A program made the position numbers and the translations under genes. From assembly GCA_003427395.1 (NCBI GenBank), contig BFEA01000014.1, positions 1,296,255 to 1,342,967 on the forward strand: a stretch of DNA of 46,713 nucleotides. Direction: 5' to 3'. Below the pieces are notes generated by a model, which searched no databases, was not told the DNA's origin, and was given only the letters and a program-made list of their open reading frames with translations. The stretch's first letter is position 1, and each line of letters opens with the position of its first letter. Positions 12,301 to 25,839 of the stretch are shown here, piece by piece. This DNA is from Chara braunii. Taxonomy: Eukaryota > Plantae > Charophyceae.

Positions 12301-15300
12301 GTTGGCGGAAGAAGCCAAAGCTATAGGGCCCAGCTACGTTCTTTGTAGTTTTTTTTTTTTTGGTTATATTTGTCATTTATTTTATAGAGTCCAACTTTAC
12401 TTCGCAAACCGATTCGGTCTCTAGTGGGACACATCACAAACAGGATAAAAAATTTACCTTGCGCACTCGCGGGAAGTTTATGTTGGATGACGCGTCGAAA
12501 GGCGCGACATTGGCAAACCTAGTATGGAGGAAAGTCGAAAGTTTTGCAAAATATGTCGACGCCCGACGACCAGGATACCAGACAACTACGATCTTAGGCG
12601 GGAGCGGCATCTCGGTGTCTTCTGACGGCCAGGAGGTTGGCTGGTAGGCCAAGGCGGAGGTCTGGTTTGTGCGGGTAGGACCAATCACGGTCCCATGATT
12701 ATTCGTACGCAGGTTCACACTTACCTAGCTTAGCCTTCGGCCTAGTTCTAATGTTACGGTACTGGACTTTCACGCAACAGGTTTATGGTTTGAGGTCAGC
12801 AAGCGGCGATGAAGCAAGGAGTGTTACCGACGGACACTGAGGGGTCAAGGGTCTCAAGGGACTATCCTCCTTGGTTTTGCCGGACAGGCCCAAGCCTGGG
12901 TTCGACTGGCAAGACCAAGAGGGTGTTTGCAGTCCTTGTCGTCTTCAATTCTACTATTTTTATTTTGTTAATTTATTTTATTTTTATTTTTCTCAATTTT
13001 TTCCCGTTTGTTGACCGGGCCGAAAACTGGCTTTGGGACCGAGGGCGAAAAAGTACCGCAAAGGCCGAACAACTTATCCTTTAGCCGTTCAATATCATGA
13101 AGGAGGGTCCCTTCACGATATTTCGTTTTCGACACTTGAGTGTTGTATGTAACCCCGGAACCTATGAGAGGTTGCGCAGATGTGGGTAACGTATGAAGCG
13201 TTGCCATGATAGCAGGTCAAGTGAATACACATGACTGGGCATTATGGTTCCCTTAGTGTTAATGTTCTTTTTATACAACTCCGCGCAGGCCTCGCTCATA
13301 CGCTTTAGCTTTTCTGAGTTATGCGTCAGAACGTATGAAAAAGGGACTAGACTTATTTGTTTGTCGGAGTGAGTTTGTTTTGTTGTGTGTCACGTGGTTG
13401 AGTTTGGATGGATGTCTTAGTCGACCGACGCTGAATCGCACGTGGGAGATCAACGCCCCAGACCCCCAGCGTGACGGTTCGTGTACGGGTCCGAGCTAGG
13501 CGTGGACCGCGGGTACCCTGTACGCTACATCATACGACAAACGCCCTCGGTTGGGCCACCTCCGCGATTGCATGTATGGCTCACTAGCTCAGGGGGAATA
13601 CGCTCACCTAAGGGATGGTGATAGCTCCCGCGGGTGGAGGTAAGTTGTACCTCACGAAAACATGTCCTGTCGTAGGGACTTGATGGCGGTATAGCTGGTA
13701 CACTCGGCCGGAGCGGCTCCGCTGCTTCTCTTTTTCGTGAAGCGACTTTGCAACTTTTGTCGATCCTGCATGATGCGGTCGGAAAGGTTCCCCCAGCGGG
13801 GACCGTGCGCTCGACACTGCTACAACAGCAGGCCTTGATGCAGCAACAACAATCGTGAGAGGAGTATTTGCAACACCAACAACAATCTCGACTGCAACAA
13901 CAACAACAACAACTCCAGGACTGTCACAATCTACAGCACCATCAACGCCGACTGCTTGAACAACTGCACCATCAGACGCAGTGCCAACAGGAGCACAAGG
14001 AACAGACCCAGCAGCGGTTGCAAATGCAACAAAACCGATTGCAGGCCCAACAACAGAATTTTCTGCTACACCAGCAAGCTCATATAGAGTTGTTACAACA
14101 GACGCAAGCACATGTTGCTTAGCAACATGGACAACGCCTCAGGCAACAGAGGGAGTGTGAGGAACAACTACAACATCTTCTTCAAGCAGAACTCGCACAA
14201 TACCAACACAAGCAATACCAATAGAGATTGATGCAACAACAACAGATCCTCCAGCACCTGCACTTGCATTGGCAACAACTAGGCTGCCAGCAGCAACACC
14301 AGCTACACATCTTCTAGCAGCAAGAAGCGGAAAGACAAAAGGCACTGGAATACCAGTTGCAATACTTGTCAGCGCGCCCTGCCATCACTCTCCCCCCTTG
14401 GTATGAGGAAGGGGAGAAACCTCGCGACATGGACACCTCTGCCCCCCCTCCTGACCAGCCACAATTGGACCGACGACATGCCCAACCGCCGGACGTGGAG
14501 ATGGAGTTGGAGGCAGTCCCGCCGCAGTTCTCGCCACTGAAAGTGGACTGTCCACCACCCCTTACCTCCAACGACGAGGTCCAACAAAAATTAGCATTTC
14601 TAACAGAATGGACCCTCACCAAATCTTTTCAATGGTGGAATACAAGCCTGAAGAAGACTTAGACAACAAATACTGGGGGGAGGCTAAAAGAGTGCTAATG
14701 TACAGCCCCAGGGTGCTGGCCACGGTAGAAAAGTACAAAATACTGTCAGCAATTGACTGGATGGACGTGGGGCCTGCCATTGTCTTGGTGGTGAATGACT
14801 TCCTCGACAAGATTGAAAACTATGCTAAGGTCCGATTCGAGGAGAAAAACTCCAACGGTGCCCACTCACACTCAGCAGACCTGCGAGATGTGCTTCTTTA
14901 CGAGGGTCTGGCTTGGCCCAAGACACTGATACACGAAATGTGCACCACGCTGCACACCCTTCAGGAGGCCCGGGCCGAACAACATTATAGATTGGTAGGA
15001 ACCCGCCAGAAGGACCAGCCTGAGGTGTCACGCAGAATGTGGAGGAACAGTCTCGCCAAGATATTGCCCACCCAGTCCCCTCTGCTGTCCTTGCTCTTAA
15101 CCAGCCTTAATATGAGTGTCCTTCAAAAGAGGATGTCCAAAAACAAACAAACCTCACATTGCACGTTCTGAACCCCCGTCCCAAGGGGACTGAGATCATC
15201 CACTATGACGTAGATGCCGCTCTCTCTCACTTGAATGACGATTGGCCGGCTAAATTCAACCCGAAAAGGCTTCAGGAGCTGGTTAGACGTCAAGAAGACG

Positions 15301-15880
15301 ACAACACCCCATTGGGGATGCCTCTGGGAGTCGTCATCTTTCTAATTAGGCGGGAGAAGGATGAATGCTAGTGGCTCCTTTCCTTGGGGCCTCTGACACA
15401 GTCTGCCCACCAATCCCCACAATTGAGGAGTACCCCAACCCAGTCGGGCCTTACAGTAGAAGGTTGGAGGGATAATTCCTCCACTGTTGTGATCTTGAAA
15501 CGATTGAAGTTCTGGGTTAGGGAAACAAATACAGATGATGTGGTAGGGGCACTGTTGCCCCAAAATCTCTCATTCCCCAAGGGAATAATCCCGGTTCTGC
15601 TGCTGCTTGGCCCCAAAATGAAGGTTCACAAAACCTGTACAGACCCAAGGTGGTTCAACCACCAGCAACTGATGGACCTTCTTACAAAACGCTTTAAGAC
15701 TAACGTAGCCTGGACTGCGAGCAAAGTCTTTATCTTCATCCAGACTTTTTTGGAAGACAATGTTCTTGAGGAACACAACCAGTGGGATAACCCACAAGGT
15801 GTGCTTTCCATCAAAGCCACAGTCTGAGTAGCACCTGCCGTAATTAACAGGGATCGATCCACCACATTATAGGAATGTAG
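9359..15880 (+). pseudogene. LINE A ORF1 (RRM/DUF4283-like region, zinc knuckle, long Pro/Gln-rich linker, C-terminal domain)
   Basis: NDKIKWI..., FWVDFRFVP, KRDDSLLVAV align with LINE B ORF1. Knuckle CYACKRRSHLCSDELC at ~9929-9977. Poly-Q at 13817-14340. Many stops and frameshifts. Confidence 0.75.
12071..13816. mobile_element. Solo LTR (1746 bp) inserted in LINE A ORF1
   Basis: Termini TGTCG...CGACA; flanks CTGT/CTGC (4-bp TSD, 1 mismatch). Removal restores QILLQQQ. Non-coding interior. Alternative boundaries 12087-13813 with an ACACT duplication are possible. Confidence 0.7.
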
Positions 15881-15894
15881 CAAACCACTAGGAA

Positions 15895-17622
15895 TGACCC
15901 GATAATAGGGCGGCCTTCTGACTTACCCCATCCCTCACTGCCAACCCTCCCCACGCCCGCGAGCCTTATCATCCCTTCCCCCCCCGCCTAGCCACCGCCC
16001 CCGTCTCCAATGGTCCTCCTAACAATTAGAAGGCCACCCCATTGGGCAACCAAGCTATCCCAGACATATATTAATATCCGCTCTCTCAACGTGAATGGCC
16101 TTATTCAAGCAACGACAAACAAAAAAGAAGCGATTTTAAATATGATTAAATGCCCAATTACAGGAAGATGGCTAGATGCGGTGTGTATACAAGAGACACA
16201 CCTAGAAGACACTCGTGCACACACCGCGAAAGCAAAATCTGTATGGCCATACGCAGCCTTCTCAGCACTCTCCACAGACAGGGCGTCTGTGGGGTTGGCA
16301 ATCTGACTCCCCCCCTCTTCAAAATTTAAACCTATAAGGATGGAACGGGATGAACAGTGGGGTAGGTGGGTCTGCCTCAAAGTGGCGTACGAAGAGGAAA
16401 AGTTATATTTGGCGAGCATTTACGCTTCGAATGAGCCAACGACTAAGGTGGACTTTTGACTCTCTCTTCACCAACAACTTCCAAACAATGCCCCGCTGGT
16501 TCTGGCAGGCGACTTCAACACCACGCTCGACCCGACACTGGACTGCAAATCCACCTCTCAACGACAAAATCAAAGAGACCAGACTCTGCTTGCCGTGGGG
16601 CCAGACGTGCTCATGCTGAAACAGCTTATGGCGGACCGAGAACTGGAGGATGTGTACAGACTGTTGCACCCTAGGCAACGGGCATACACGTGCCTGTCAT
16701 CCTGGGGCGACCAAGGTCTGTCCAACTCGCGTATTGACCTCACGCTGGTGTCAAAAGAACTACAGGGCCTCGTTACTACAGCAAAAATAACAATAATCAA
16801 CCCCTGTAAGTTTTTTGATCATCGAATGATCACACTGGTTTGTCCTTCCATGCCCACATTAATAGGGGACAAGGGTTCTTCAAACTTAACACCTCCCTGC
16901 TCCCCCTAACGAGCTATAAAGACCTCATCAACACATTTTGGGCATACTAGCAAACCCAGAAGACGTCATCGGGTAATCATGTGAAATGGTTTAATGATGG
17001 AGTGACACATATGAGGGAAAAATTCAAAAAGTTCTCCATCCAACACGCGAGGGACCGCAAAGCCCTCCTTGAAAAATTGATGCGGGACCTCAAAGAGTGG
17101 GATGAACAGTTAATGAATGATCCTCTCTACTGGCCCACCTTCAATACTTTACAAGAAGCCAGAGCCCACCTCCAAGACTACCTCGAACGGCAGGCAAAGG
17201 CTTGGAGGATCCAAGCTAGGATTAAACGAGTGCCCACAGATGGGACAATGTCTAAGTCCTTTTTTAACAAAGCGAGAGCTAGAGCGAGAGTCAACACTGT
17301 CCTGACACTCAGACATCCCCTAAATGGAGCAGCCCAGGTTGCAACTAATGCATACACCATAACACACTACGCCGCCTAGTACTACCGACACTTGTTCACC
17401 TCCCAAACTCCAACCAAGCCTCCCGATGAAGTCCAACGAGCAAGAGAAGAACTGTTAACAATTGTCCACGCTCGCCTCACACACGACCAAAGGAACGAGA
17501 TAGACCACCCCCTTACCCAACAAGACATCAAAGAAGCACTACAGAACATGGAAGATGAAAAATTGGGGATTGACTCCATTTCAAAAGAGTTCTGGGCACA
17601 ATTCTAGGATCTGCTCAAAGAT
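15895..17622 (+). pseudogene. LINE A ORF2, APE endonuclease and linker
   Basis: RSLNVNGL (~16079), CIQETH (~16184), GDFN (~16508), SRID (~16725), DH (~16817); stops and frameshifts. Confidence 0.9.
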
Positions 17623-18377
17623 TGCCGGAGTTGTTGGAAGGGGACTGGGTAGGTGTCGGAAGACTCACGAGTGGCAGGTGAGGACTTCGCGCCGGTAGCG
17701 CTGAACCACCGCAGGGCGAAATTGAGGGGCATCTACAAGGTCCGTCGGGTCTCGTGGGCACAACTCACAGGGGGAAGGCGAGGAGGGAGGCTCACCATAG
17801 CTACGCGCCATCACCGACCAGGATGACGGGGAGAGGGGAAAGTACAACCCTAGTCCGGGAGGGCAAAGTAAGGTGGTGGGCGAAAGTCAGCAGTACCACG
17901 AACAGAAGAAGGACAAAAGAAGAGAGAGGAACGGTGGGAGGCTGGGCAGTGGTTGATCAACGGAGCAAGGAGAGAGGTGAGAAAAAACGGACGCTCGGTC
18001 CACTGACAACTCCCTTCTCGCATTCCAACCATTCCTTGGTTTTGCTGGATTAGTATTAAATAGTAGTGAAGGGACCAAGACAAATAGGGTAAGTAGAGTA
18101 AACAAATAAATCAAAATAACTCTAAAAAAAAAAAAAAAAAAAAACAGAACCCAAATAAAAAATGAAGAAGAAGCAACATATTAACAAATGAAATAAATAG
18201 AATACAAAAAACAAGAAATTCAATCGAACAAATGATCAAAAACAGCAAAACACTTCTTCCGAAAAAGATTGAGAAAATAGTCACTTCAGTGCAAAGTGCC
18301 ACACCACCATGAGGCCAACCAACCGAATGCAACGGGGACATAAACGTCTCGACTCAATGCTTTTCTAAAGTGGGGCA

Positions 18378-21200
18378 ATGAGACAACTGGCAGATGAACG
18401 CCTTCGGCATAAACGATGGTCTCAACAGAACACTGCCCCCGGAACCCCTTCACAAAAGGAAATAAGCATGAGCTGTGAAAGGCAGCAGTCTGAGGACACA
18501 GGGGTTCTTACGGAGGAGGAGAAGAAGATGAAACAACACGCGAAAACCCTCCCCCCCATTCATAGGACGAGTGACGGCCAACCACAAGCCACTTGGGCGG
18601 ACAAACTCAGAAACCCGCACTAAGGTCAAACCCTCACCATCCAGCCGGGCCAGGGTAGTCCGAGAACTGGGAGACTTGAGATCCCCCTAAAATCATGGAT
18701 GGGCTACCTTTAGCAAGGGCCTTCTTCATGACCAAATTCCTGCTTCCGTCAGAAACAAAGGTCGTATCACAAGGAGGCAAGCAAGTTGTGGTAAAGGTTT
18801 GCCCCAAGAGTGGGATAGCATGCAGGGATGAGGTCTACATGAAACATGCCGGCAATTGGGTGTTTCATGACGCCGCCGCCTTTAAATCAGTCAACGATAA
18901 AGTCAAGTGGATTGGTCGTCGACTCGAAGTTATGAAAAATAGCGCGTAAATGGCCCGGGATCAGTTTCTGATACAACCAGTCTCCAACACTTTGGTTACG
19001 GTCTTGTGCATGCACGAATCAGACAAGAAGGCGATGGATGGGTGGCAGTGCCTCCGCTGCGATCGATCGGAGGTCCGAATCTACCCCTGGATGCCTCAAC
19101 GCATGATGGGGCCGGAAGAGATGAGGGCACAACTGATGCAAGCTTTCTTCTGGGTGGAATTCTGCCATATCCTTGTCGAACTCCAGGTTGCATTTGTATA
19201 CAATTTCGGTTTGCAGTATGACATTGTTGTGTTCATCAACCCCCTTCCCACCTTTGTGGCTAAGAGGGATGATTACTTGAAGTTGGCCCTGGATTTCCCC
19301 CAGGGTCAACCATTCTCCTTGATGATGTGATTTTGTCCAGGGTAAGAGGGAAGGAGTACATGATTCATACTGCACACAAACTGAGGCCACGGTGCCACAA
19401 GTGCAGAGCCTACGACCATCTGAGCACCGAATACGCTTGCCCGCTCCACCCACAGAAAAGGGCGAGAGCAACAGGGAGACTGTCGAGGGAACCAATTAAG
19501 GTCACCCGTTGGAAAGCAGTGGACCCGGGACATGAAGGTTGGGTTTACATTGAGGACCGCAAGAAGGAAGGTTCCCCAATAGGGTGGGTATGGGAAAGAA
19601 CTGGGGAACCGGATTGGGGAACACCTCCCTCAAGTACATGGAACCCCCCGACCCAGGTGAAGAAAAAGTGCAGGACAAACAAGCAAGTCCCCTGCAGGAA
19701 AGCCAGGAGAACTCAGGGTGGGAAATAGTAAGGACGAAATGTGGGAAGGAAATCTGGGTCCAAAAACAGTGGCCAGAACCAAATCTGCTGCAGGACGATA
19801 TTTCCCGCGCCACCCCGGGCCCCACTACTGAGCGCTACATCCAAAAAGAGAAGAGTGTAGTAGAAACCAAATAACAGAATGGAACTCAGATCACAAAGAG
19901 TAAGAGTAAACGGGCTGGGGGGTCGTCTACTCAATCTATTCAATCAGAAGCAACAAACAACATTCCAAGAAGGCTGGAACAAGAAAGAGCAGACGGACTA
20001 TTGGAAAGACAGATGGGGGCCCATGACGTTGAAACAACTCGAGGAAATATTGAAGGTGACAGCAAGAAGGTTCTAGTCGAAAGGCCAGATAGTAGATACC
20101 GAGCCCCTCCAAGCAGCCTTTGGATTGGATCCGATCGATGTGGACCCTCTTTCGGATAAGGCTAGCATGTCACCGGAAGGACTGGCCCCGGAGAATTATC
20201 TAGAAGGTAAGGAGGAGGGTGCACCGCCGCTATATTTACCCATGGAACAAAAACTGTTTGCTATAGCGGACTGGCTGATGGCCAATCTGAAAGCAAAACA
20301 TGGCCGCCTTTCCAATAACTTCTGGGACAAGACTTACTTGGACCTATTTCCCATGCTGGACACGAGCGCCTCACTTAAATACGTGTTGGAGAAGGGACTA
20401 CAACCGGGGGTGAAGTGGTCTCATGCATGGTACAGATTGGATACAATTGTGTCTGCATGGTTTCAAATACCACATACTGCAGCATCGAAAGGAGCACATC
20501 AAAACGGTGCACAAGAGGAAGAGTCACAAACCCCTCAGTCATGCAACAACCTGCCCCATCGCCGGGGCCAGACCCGGTTATCCAACAACCAACTCCGGCA
20601 CCGGGACCGGATCCTAAGGACCCAAAGGAGAACATGCCACTTGATTTGATGCGGAAAAGAAAGTTGAGGCAGCTCGTCGAGATGGGTAGCGACGCCGACC
20701 CAATGTTGCAGGAGGCCGTGCTACTCATCCCTGTTCGTAAGAAAAATGATAAATGGAAGTCGGTTTGTCACAAGTGGAGAATGGTAGACTAGGGGGTGTT
20801 ACGTTGCAAGGCTGGTCGTCATTCTGGGCGAACCAAAAAAATTGTGCGTCTGAGGCACCGGCAGAGATTCTGCAAATGCAGCTGGAATCCTACATTGCAG
20901 AGGCCTTACCGCCTGGGGCACAGGCTATGACTGCGATTATAACAGGCCCCACCAAGATTACGCAGAGAGACGTATACATACGTTTTGATCCCACCAAGGA
21001 AAATAACCTGAGATGACACACCTACAGTCAACTACTAAACCTGCAGACGGTCATGATTAGACACAACGACACCTTGACCGAGCACGATGTTCAGAGAAGC
21101 TTATGTGCGTTTCTCAGGATGACGGTGGGGGCCGCAGATTGGGAATGGGAACAACTGTCGTGGACCCATTTGTGACCCGTCTCGGGCTAGGATACGATTG
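18378..21200 (+). pseudogene. LINE B ORF1
   Basis: TWADKLR motif, RRM-like segment (VRIYPW...FWVEF), knuckle CHKCRAYDHLSTEYAC (~19393-19440); broken by stops. Confidence 0.8.
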
Positions 21201-21212
21201 CAAGGTAAGTAA

Positions 21213-24200
21213 ATGGACCTGGTCAAAGCAGTATACGGGAAATACCGCATTTCGAACCAATGTAAGAGGGCAGCAGACCTAGACTTGCGGTCAGTAAATG
21301 TGAATGGTCTGGCCTCGAGCAAACCCGAAAAACACAATGCAATTTGGGACCCAATGAGAGGGGTGGGGGGCAGAAACTGGCGGGACATAGTATGCGTCCA
21401 GGAGACACACGTGATGGCCACTCTAGAAACTTGCCAGACATAGTATGTGTCCAGGAAACACACTTGATGGACACTCCACAACCGTACACATAAAAGAGTA
21501 TAGGGCTTTCAGGGCCCATGCCCCAAAACCAGGGAGTGCAGGGGTGGCCATTTGGATTCCCCCGAATCCCGGGCAGATTTGGTACATTGGGTGATGGATC
21601 AGAAGGAAGGTCGATAGGTGTCAATCCTGGTCGCCGTGAAACTTGAAATTGTATGCATATTGTGTATCTATGCCCCCAACGTTGTAAATGAAAGGAATTT
21701 TTTCTTTGAGAATATCAAATCACAAATTCTGGATGGGGTCCCAGTCATTATAGAGGGGGATTGCAACGCAGCCCCGGATCGGTGGATGGATAGATGGCAA
21801 ACACCATCCCCCGCCCCGTGGTATGTAGAGGAGGATGAAGGGATAATCAACGAATTATGCCTATCATTAAAAGTGTTCGACACCTTCCGCAGGCTAAACC
21901 AGATACAAGATATTACGCATGCCTTCGTAAAACTAGGACGGAAAACCAGACGAGATTCATGATCGATTTAATCCTGACCGCGGAAAATTTGGAAGGATCT
22001 TTGCTTCTCGCAACGATCTTACCAGCCAGCCCCTACCTGGGTCTGGATCATAAAATGTGCACGATCGTTTTATCCTTCCGCAAGAAACCAGATCGCGGTC
22101 CGGGATTTTACAAACTTAACACTTCCATCTTACAACAACAAACTTTCCACAAATATATAACAGACTGTTGGACGTTTTGGCGCACACAAAATAATATATC
22201 CAACATGAAATAGACTGGTTTAATAATGGATTGTTCTATTTGGGTAGAAAATGTCAGGAGTATTCCAAACTTTTGGCAGCCAAAAAGCATCAGCAAGAGA
22301 TGGAAATTCACCAGCACTGCAACAACTTAAACATCAAGATCAACCTGATGACGCACACAACTCACAAGAAACTCAGCAAACATAGTAAGGGGAGGACTCA
22401 AGAGCACAGACACTGAAACAACAACTTCAGATGTTTGCTACACAACGCTGGGAGGGAACTCGCATCAGAGCGAGATTGACACGACACCAAACGGAGGGGA
22501 CCATGGATAAAAGATTCTTTAATATGGCCCGTGTACGCGTACACAGATCTACCATAGAAGCACTTTATGATCGACAGACCGGTCATCACGATATTGTTGC
22601 CTCCACCCCCCAATGTATGCAGATAGCAAGATCCTTCTTCAAGGATCTATTCACTTCTTTGTGTGCACAAAGGGAGGTAGACATCAGGGAGAAAGAAATC
22701 AAAGAATTCATAAAACCTCGTGAGAAGACCCTGACGAGCCAACAAAAAATAGAGTTGGATCGCCCCCTGTCCAAAGAGGAAATCTGGACGGCGATGATGC
22801 AAATGGATGAAGAGAATACGGCGGGCATAGATGGGTTCCCTAAAGAGTTATGAGAGACCTTCTGGACTCATATGACCCTGAACCTGATGGACTTCTACAA
22901 CCAGGTGTGGGAGACAGGGCAGATGGACGAGCTGGTGGGACAGGGAGTTCTCACCCTACTGTTCAAAAAGGGGGTCAAGATGGATATCAGGAACTATAGA
23001 CCAATAACTTTGTTGACGGTGGTGTATAAAATGTTAGGGAAAGCCCTGGCAAACCGCCTGATTCTAGTCATGAACGACATCATTCAACCAACACAGACTG
23101 GATTCGTCAAAGGGCATAGGATCTAGGATAATATCCTATTAGTCAATGGACTCATCAAACTGATAAGACAAGATAAACTGAATGCGGTTGTGGTCTTTAT
23201 CGATTTCGAAAAAACTTACGATCACCTGGGCTGACAATTTTTAGACAGATGCATGAAAAAAATGAACATTCGACCTGTTTTTTGGCGTTGGACCGAAATA
23301 CTGCATCATAACGCCACTACGTGTGTCCAAGTAAGTGGCAAGGTGGCGTCGGCCTTCCCGCTGCAATGGTCAGTCAGACAAGGAGACCCTCTGACACCCT
23401 TCCTTTTCATAATTGTGATGGCGGCACTGACAATGAACCTTCGCACCAAAAACGACCTGCGGAAGCTGCAGATCTCGGCCATCCCTGAGGACGAGATCCC
23501 CATTTGTTCGTTGTTCGCAAATGACTTAACAATTATGGTAGATGCCACAACAACAAACATGGATGACATCAGAAGACTATTTGACCGATTCATAGCAATC
23601 TCGGACATGACTGTTAACTGGGAAAATAAAACTTTGGGTTGGTGGATTCATCATCAAGGAGTGCGCCCCCCGGAGCTTCCACGGGTTAAGTGACTCCCTG
23701 AAGAGGCAACGGTTAGGGTACTTGGAATCATGCTAACAACACTAGGTAGGCCTACATTGAACGATGAGTGGATACTGAAACCCGCTTTAGAAAAGTTATC
23801 CCGCTAGTACGACCAACACACCTCCCTATTTGGTAGGGTGCTGACGATTAACAGCTGGCGCCCTTTGGTACAAATCAACAATCTGGACTCTAAGTAAGGA
23901 AGTCATCCGATCTTTGAAGCGTCAGGTACCGGCTGTGCTGTGGCGAGGCAATGGTGAGCTCACAAACGTCATCAGCAGGGTGGCTTGATCATCGGTGATC
24001 CAACCGAAAAACAAAGGGGGGTTGGGGATTCTGGACCCGGAAACACAGGTTACAACAATTATGGTGCAATGGGTTAAGAGGCTGCTCTTCGCACAACAAC
24101 TTCCATAGTATGCCCTAACACTACAACAAATGACCAGACTTGCCCCGCAAGCACCACATGACATCCACCCGCTAACATGGGTGGAAGACCGCTTCTGGAC

Positions 24201-25839
24201 TGTGTCACGGCGCACTTGGGGCGGTCATGAACCAAACAGAGGAATAATCCGGAAGGACGTGGCCTGGGACGACTTCTGGGCCAGGGTTCTGAGAGTCCGA
24301 CACCAACTCCCTCTTCCTGACAATCCCACTCCGACTAGGTGGGAGGGGGTGTCCTGTTTGGAAATAGGAGGATCACCGATCGATATAGCAGGGTGTTTTG
24401 CAGTTCGGTCACCCCGTGGGGTAGCTGGGATAAAAAAAGGCATTATTAGAATAAAAGACATTTGGAACTCCGAAACAAGGGATTGGAAGACGGTGCAGCA
24501 ACTGAAGGACACACTAGAACATTGTCACAATATTGAGGAGAACTTTGAGATGTTGATATTCGGAATTCCTCTAGACTGGCTGTGCATCCTGCGCAAAGGA
24601 CCACGACTGGAAGAAGGGGACTGGGTAGTAGCGTCGGACGACTCAAAAAGTGTGGGAAATGTGGTGGACGTGCGGTTGGATGAAACTTTGATTAACCTTT
24701 TTCATATAGGCAAGGATAATGTCCTTACCCGGTACTCCCCAGATGTGACGAGATGGGGAAAAAACAAGGAACTACAAAGGATCCGTGTGTTACGGGACAA
24801 GGATGTATGAACTGCATATCAGTCAAACAACCCTTTGGTAGAACTCCCCTTAGATCCCGAGGAATGCCAGTGGTCACTCCCACGGAAAAGCAGTCCTCAG
24901 GGGAAGACAAAGTTGCAGAACCTAATAGCGAAGGCAACGCACCGCCTATTGCGCCCCAAAGTAAACATTAAGGAAAAAGTAAAGGAAAGATGGAGATCCT
25001 AATTAAATATAGGAATCGAGGTGATCCGGCCTATCCGTTGGTTCACTGCTACCAGAGCCTGACCAACAAAGATGGTCTCACTGCAGTGGCAGATAAAACA
25101 TCACTGCTTACCCATCATTGACTGGTTGATAGATCGTACTCATCTAGAGGAGAGAGGACAAGCGTTACCTTGGTGCAAAGCATGCCACACTGTCTTCCCT
25201 TCCGGAAAAATCCCGGAAACTACAGAACACATATTCATGCAATCTCCGGGTGCAGTCCTCACATGACGATGGTGGGATAGAATTTGGTCCCGCTTGGACA
25301 CTGGGTCAAAATGACCTTGGGACTGGAAAACCATACTATGCAAGGCATGGTCCTCCACTACGGATAATACTTTTGAAAACAACATGTTTCAAATAGGAAG
25401 GAGAGTTGTCATGTGGGCCCTCTGGAGGAAACGCTGTATACATGCCATAGAGGGATCCCGCACTGCGGAGGGAGAGGTGACAGATATGATAAAACAATAT
25501 GTCCAACAAGAATTAATGGTACAATGACAAAGAATTAAGAATCAATTGGTCATGTTTCACTCATTCAACGATATAATACAAACAATCCAACAATTCTTAA
25601 TGGACTGGTTGGGCATCGAGAATGGGGGTTGGATTGCCTCCGTCAGATGGGAAGGCAGACCTACCTAGGGAGACCACCAAGGAGAGTTCAAAAAGGGCTA
25701 CCGTATTTCTTTCAAAGACTGGACAGTGGTGGGCTAGGAGTTCCCGCTGCGACCATCCACAAAATTTCCTGACCCCTTCCCGCCCCACCAGCTAGCAATA
25801 GTATACCTGCAATGGTATGGAACCGGTTGTGCAGTCTGA
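21213..25839 (+). pseudogene. LINE B ORF2 (APE - RT - insert - zf-RVT-like finger)
   Basis: RSVNVNGL, CVQETH, IYAPN, GDCN, LDHK, NYRPITLL, DFEKTYD, RQGDPL, LFAND (catalytic D mutated), CKAC..ETTEHIFMQS; multiple stops. Confidence 0.92.
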
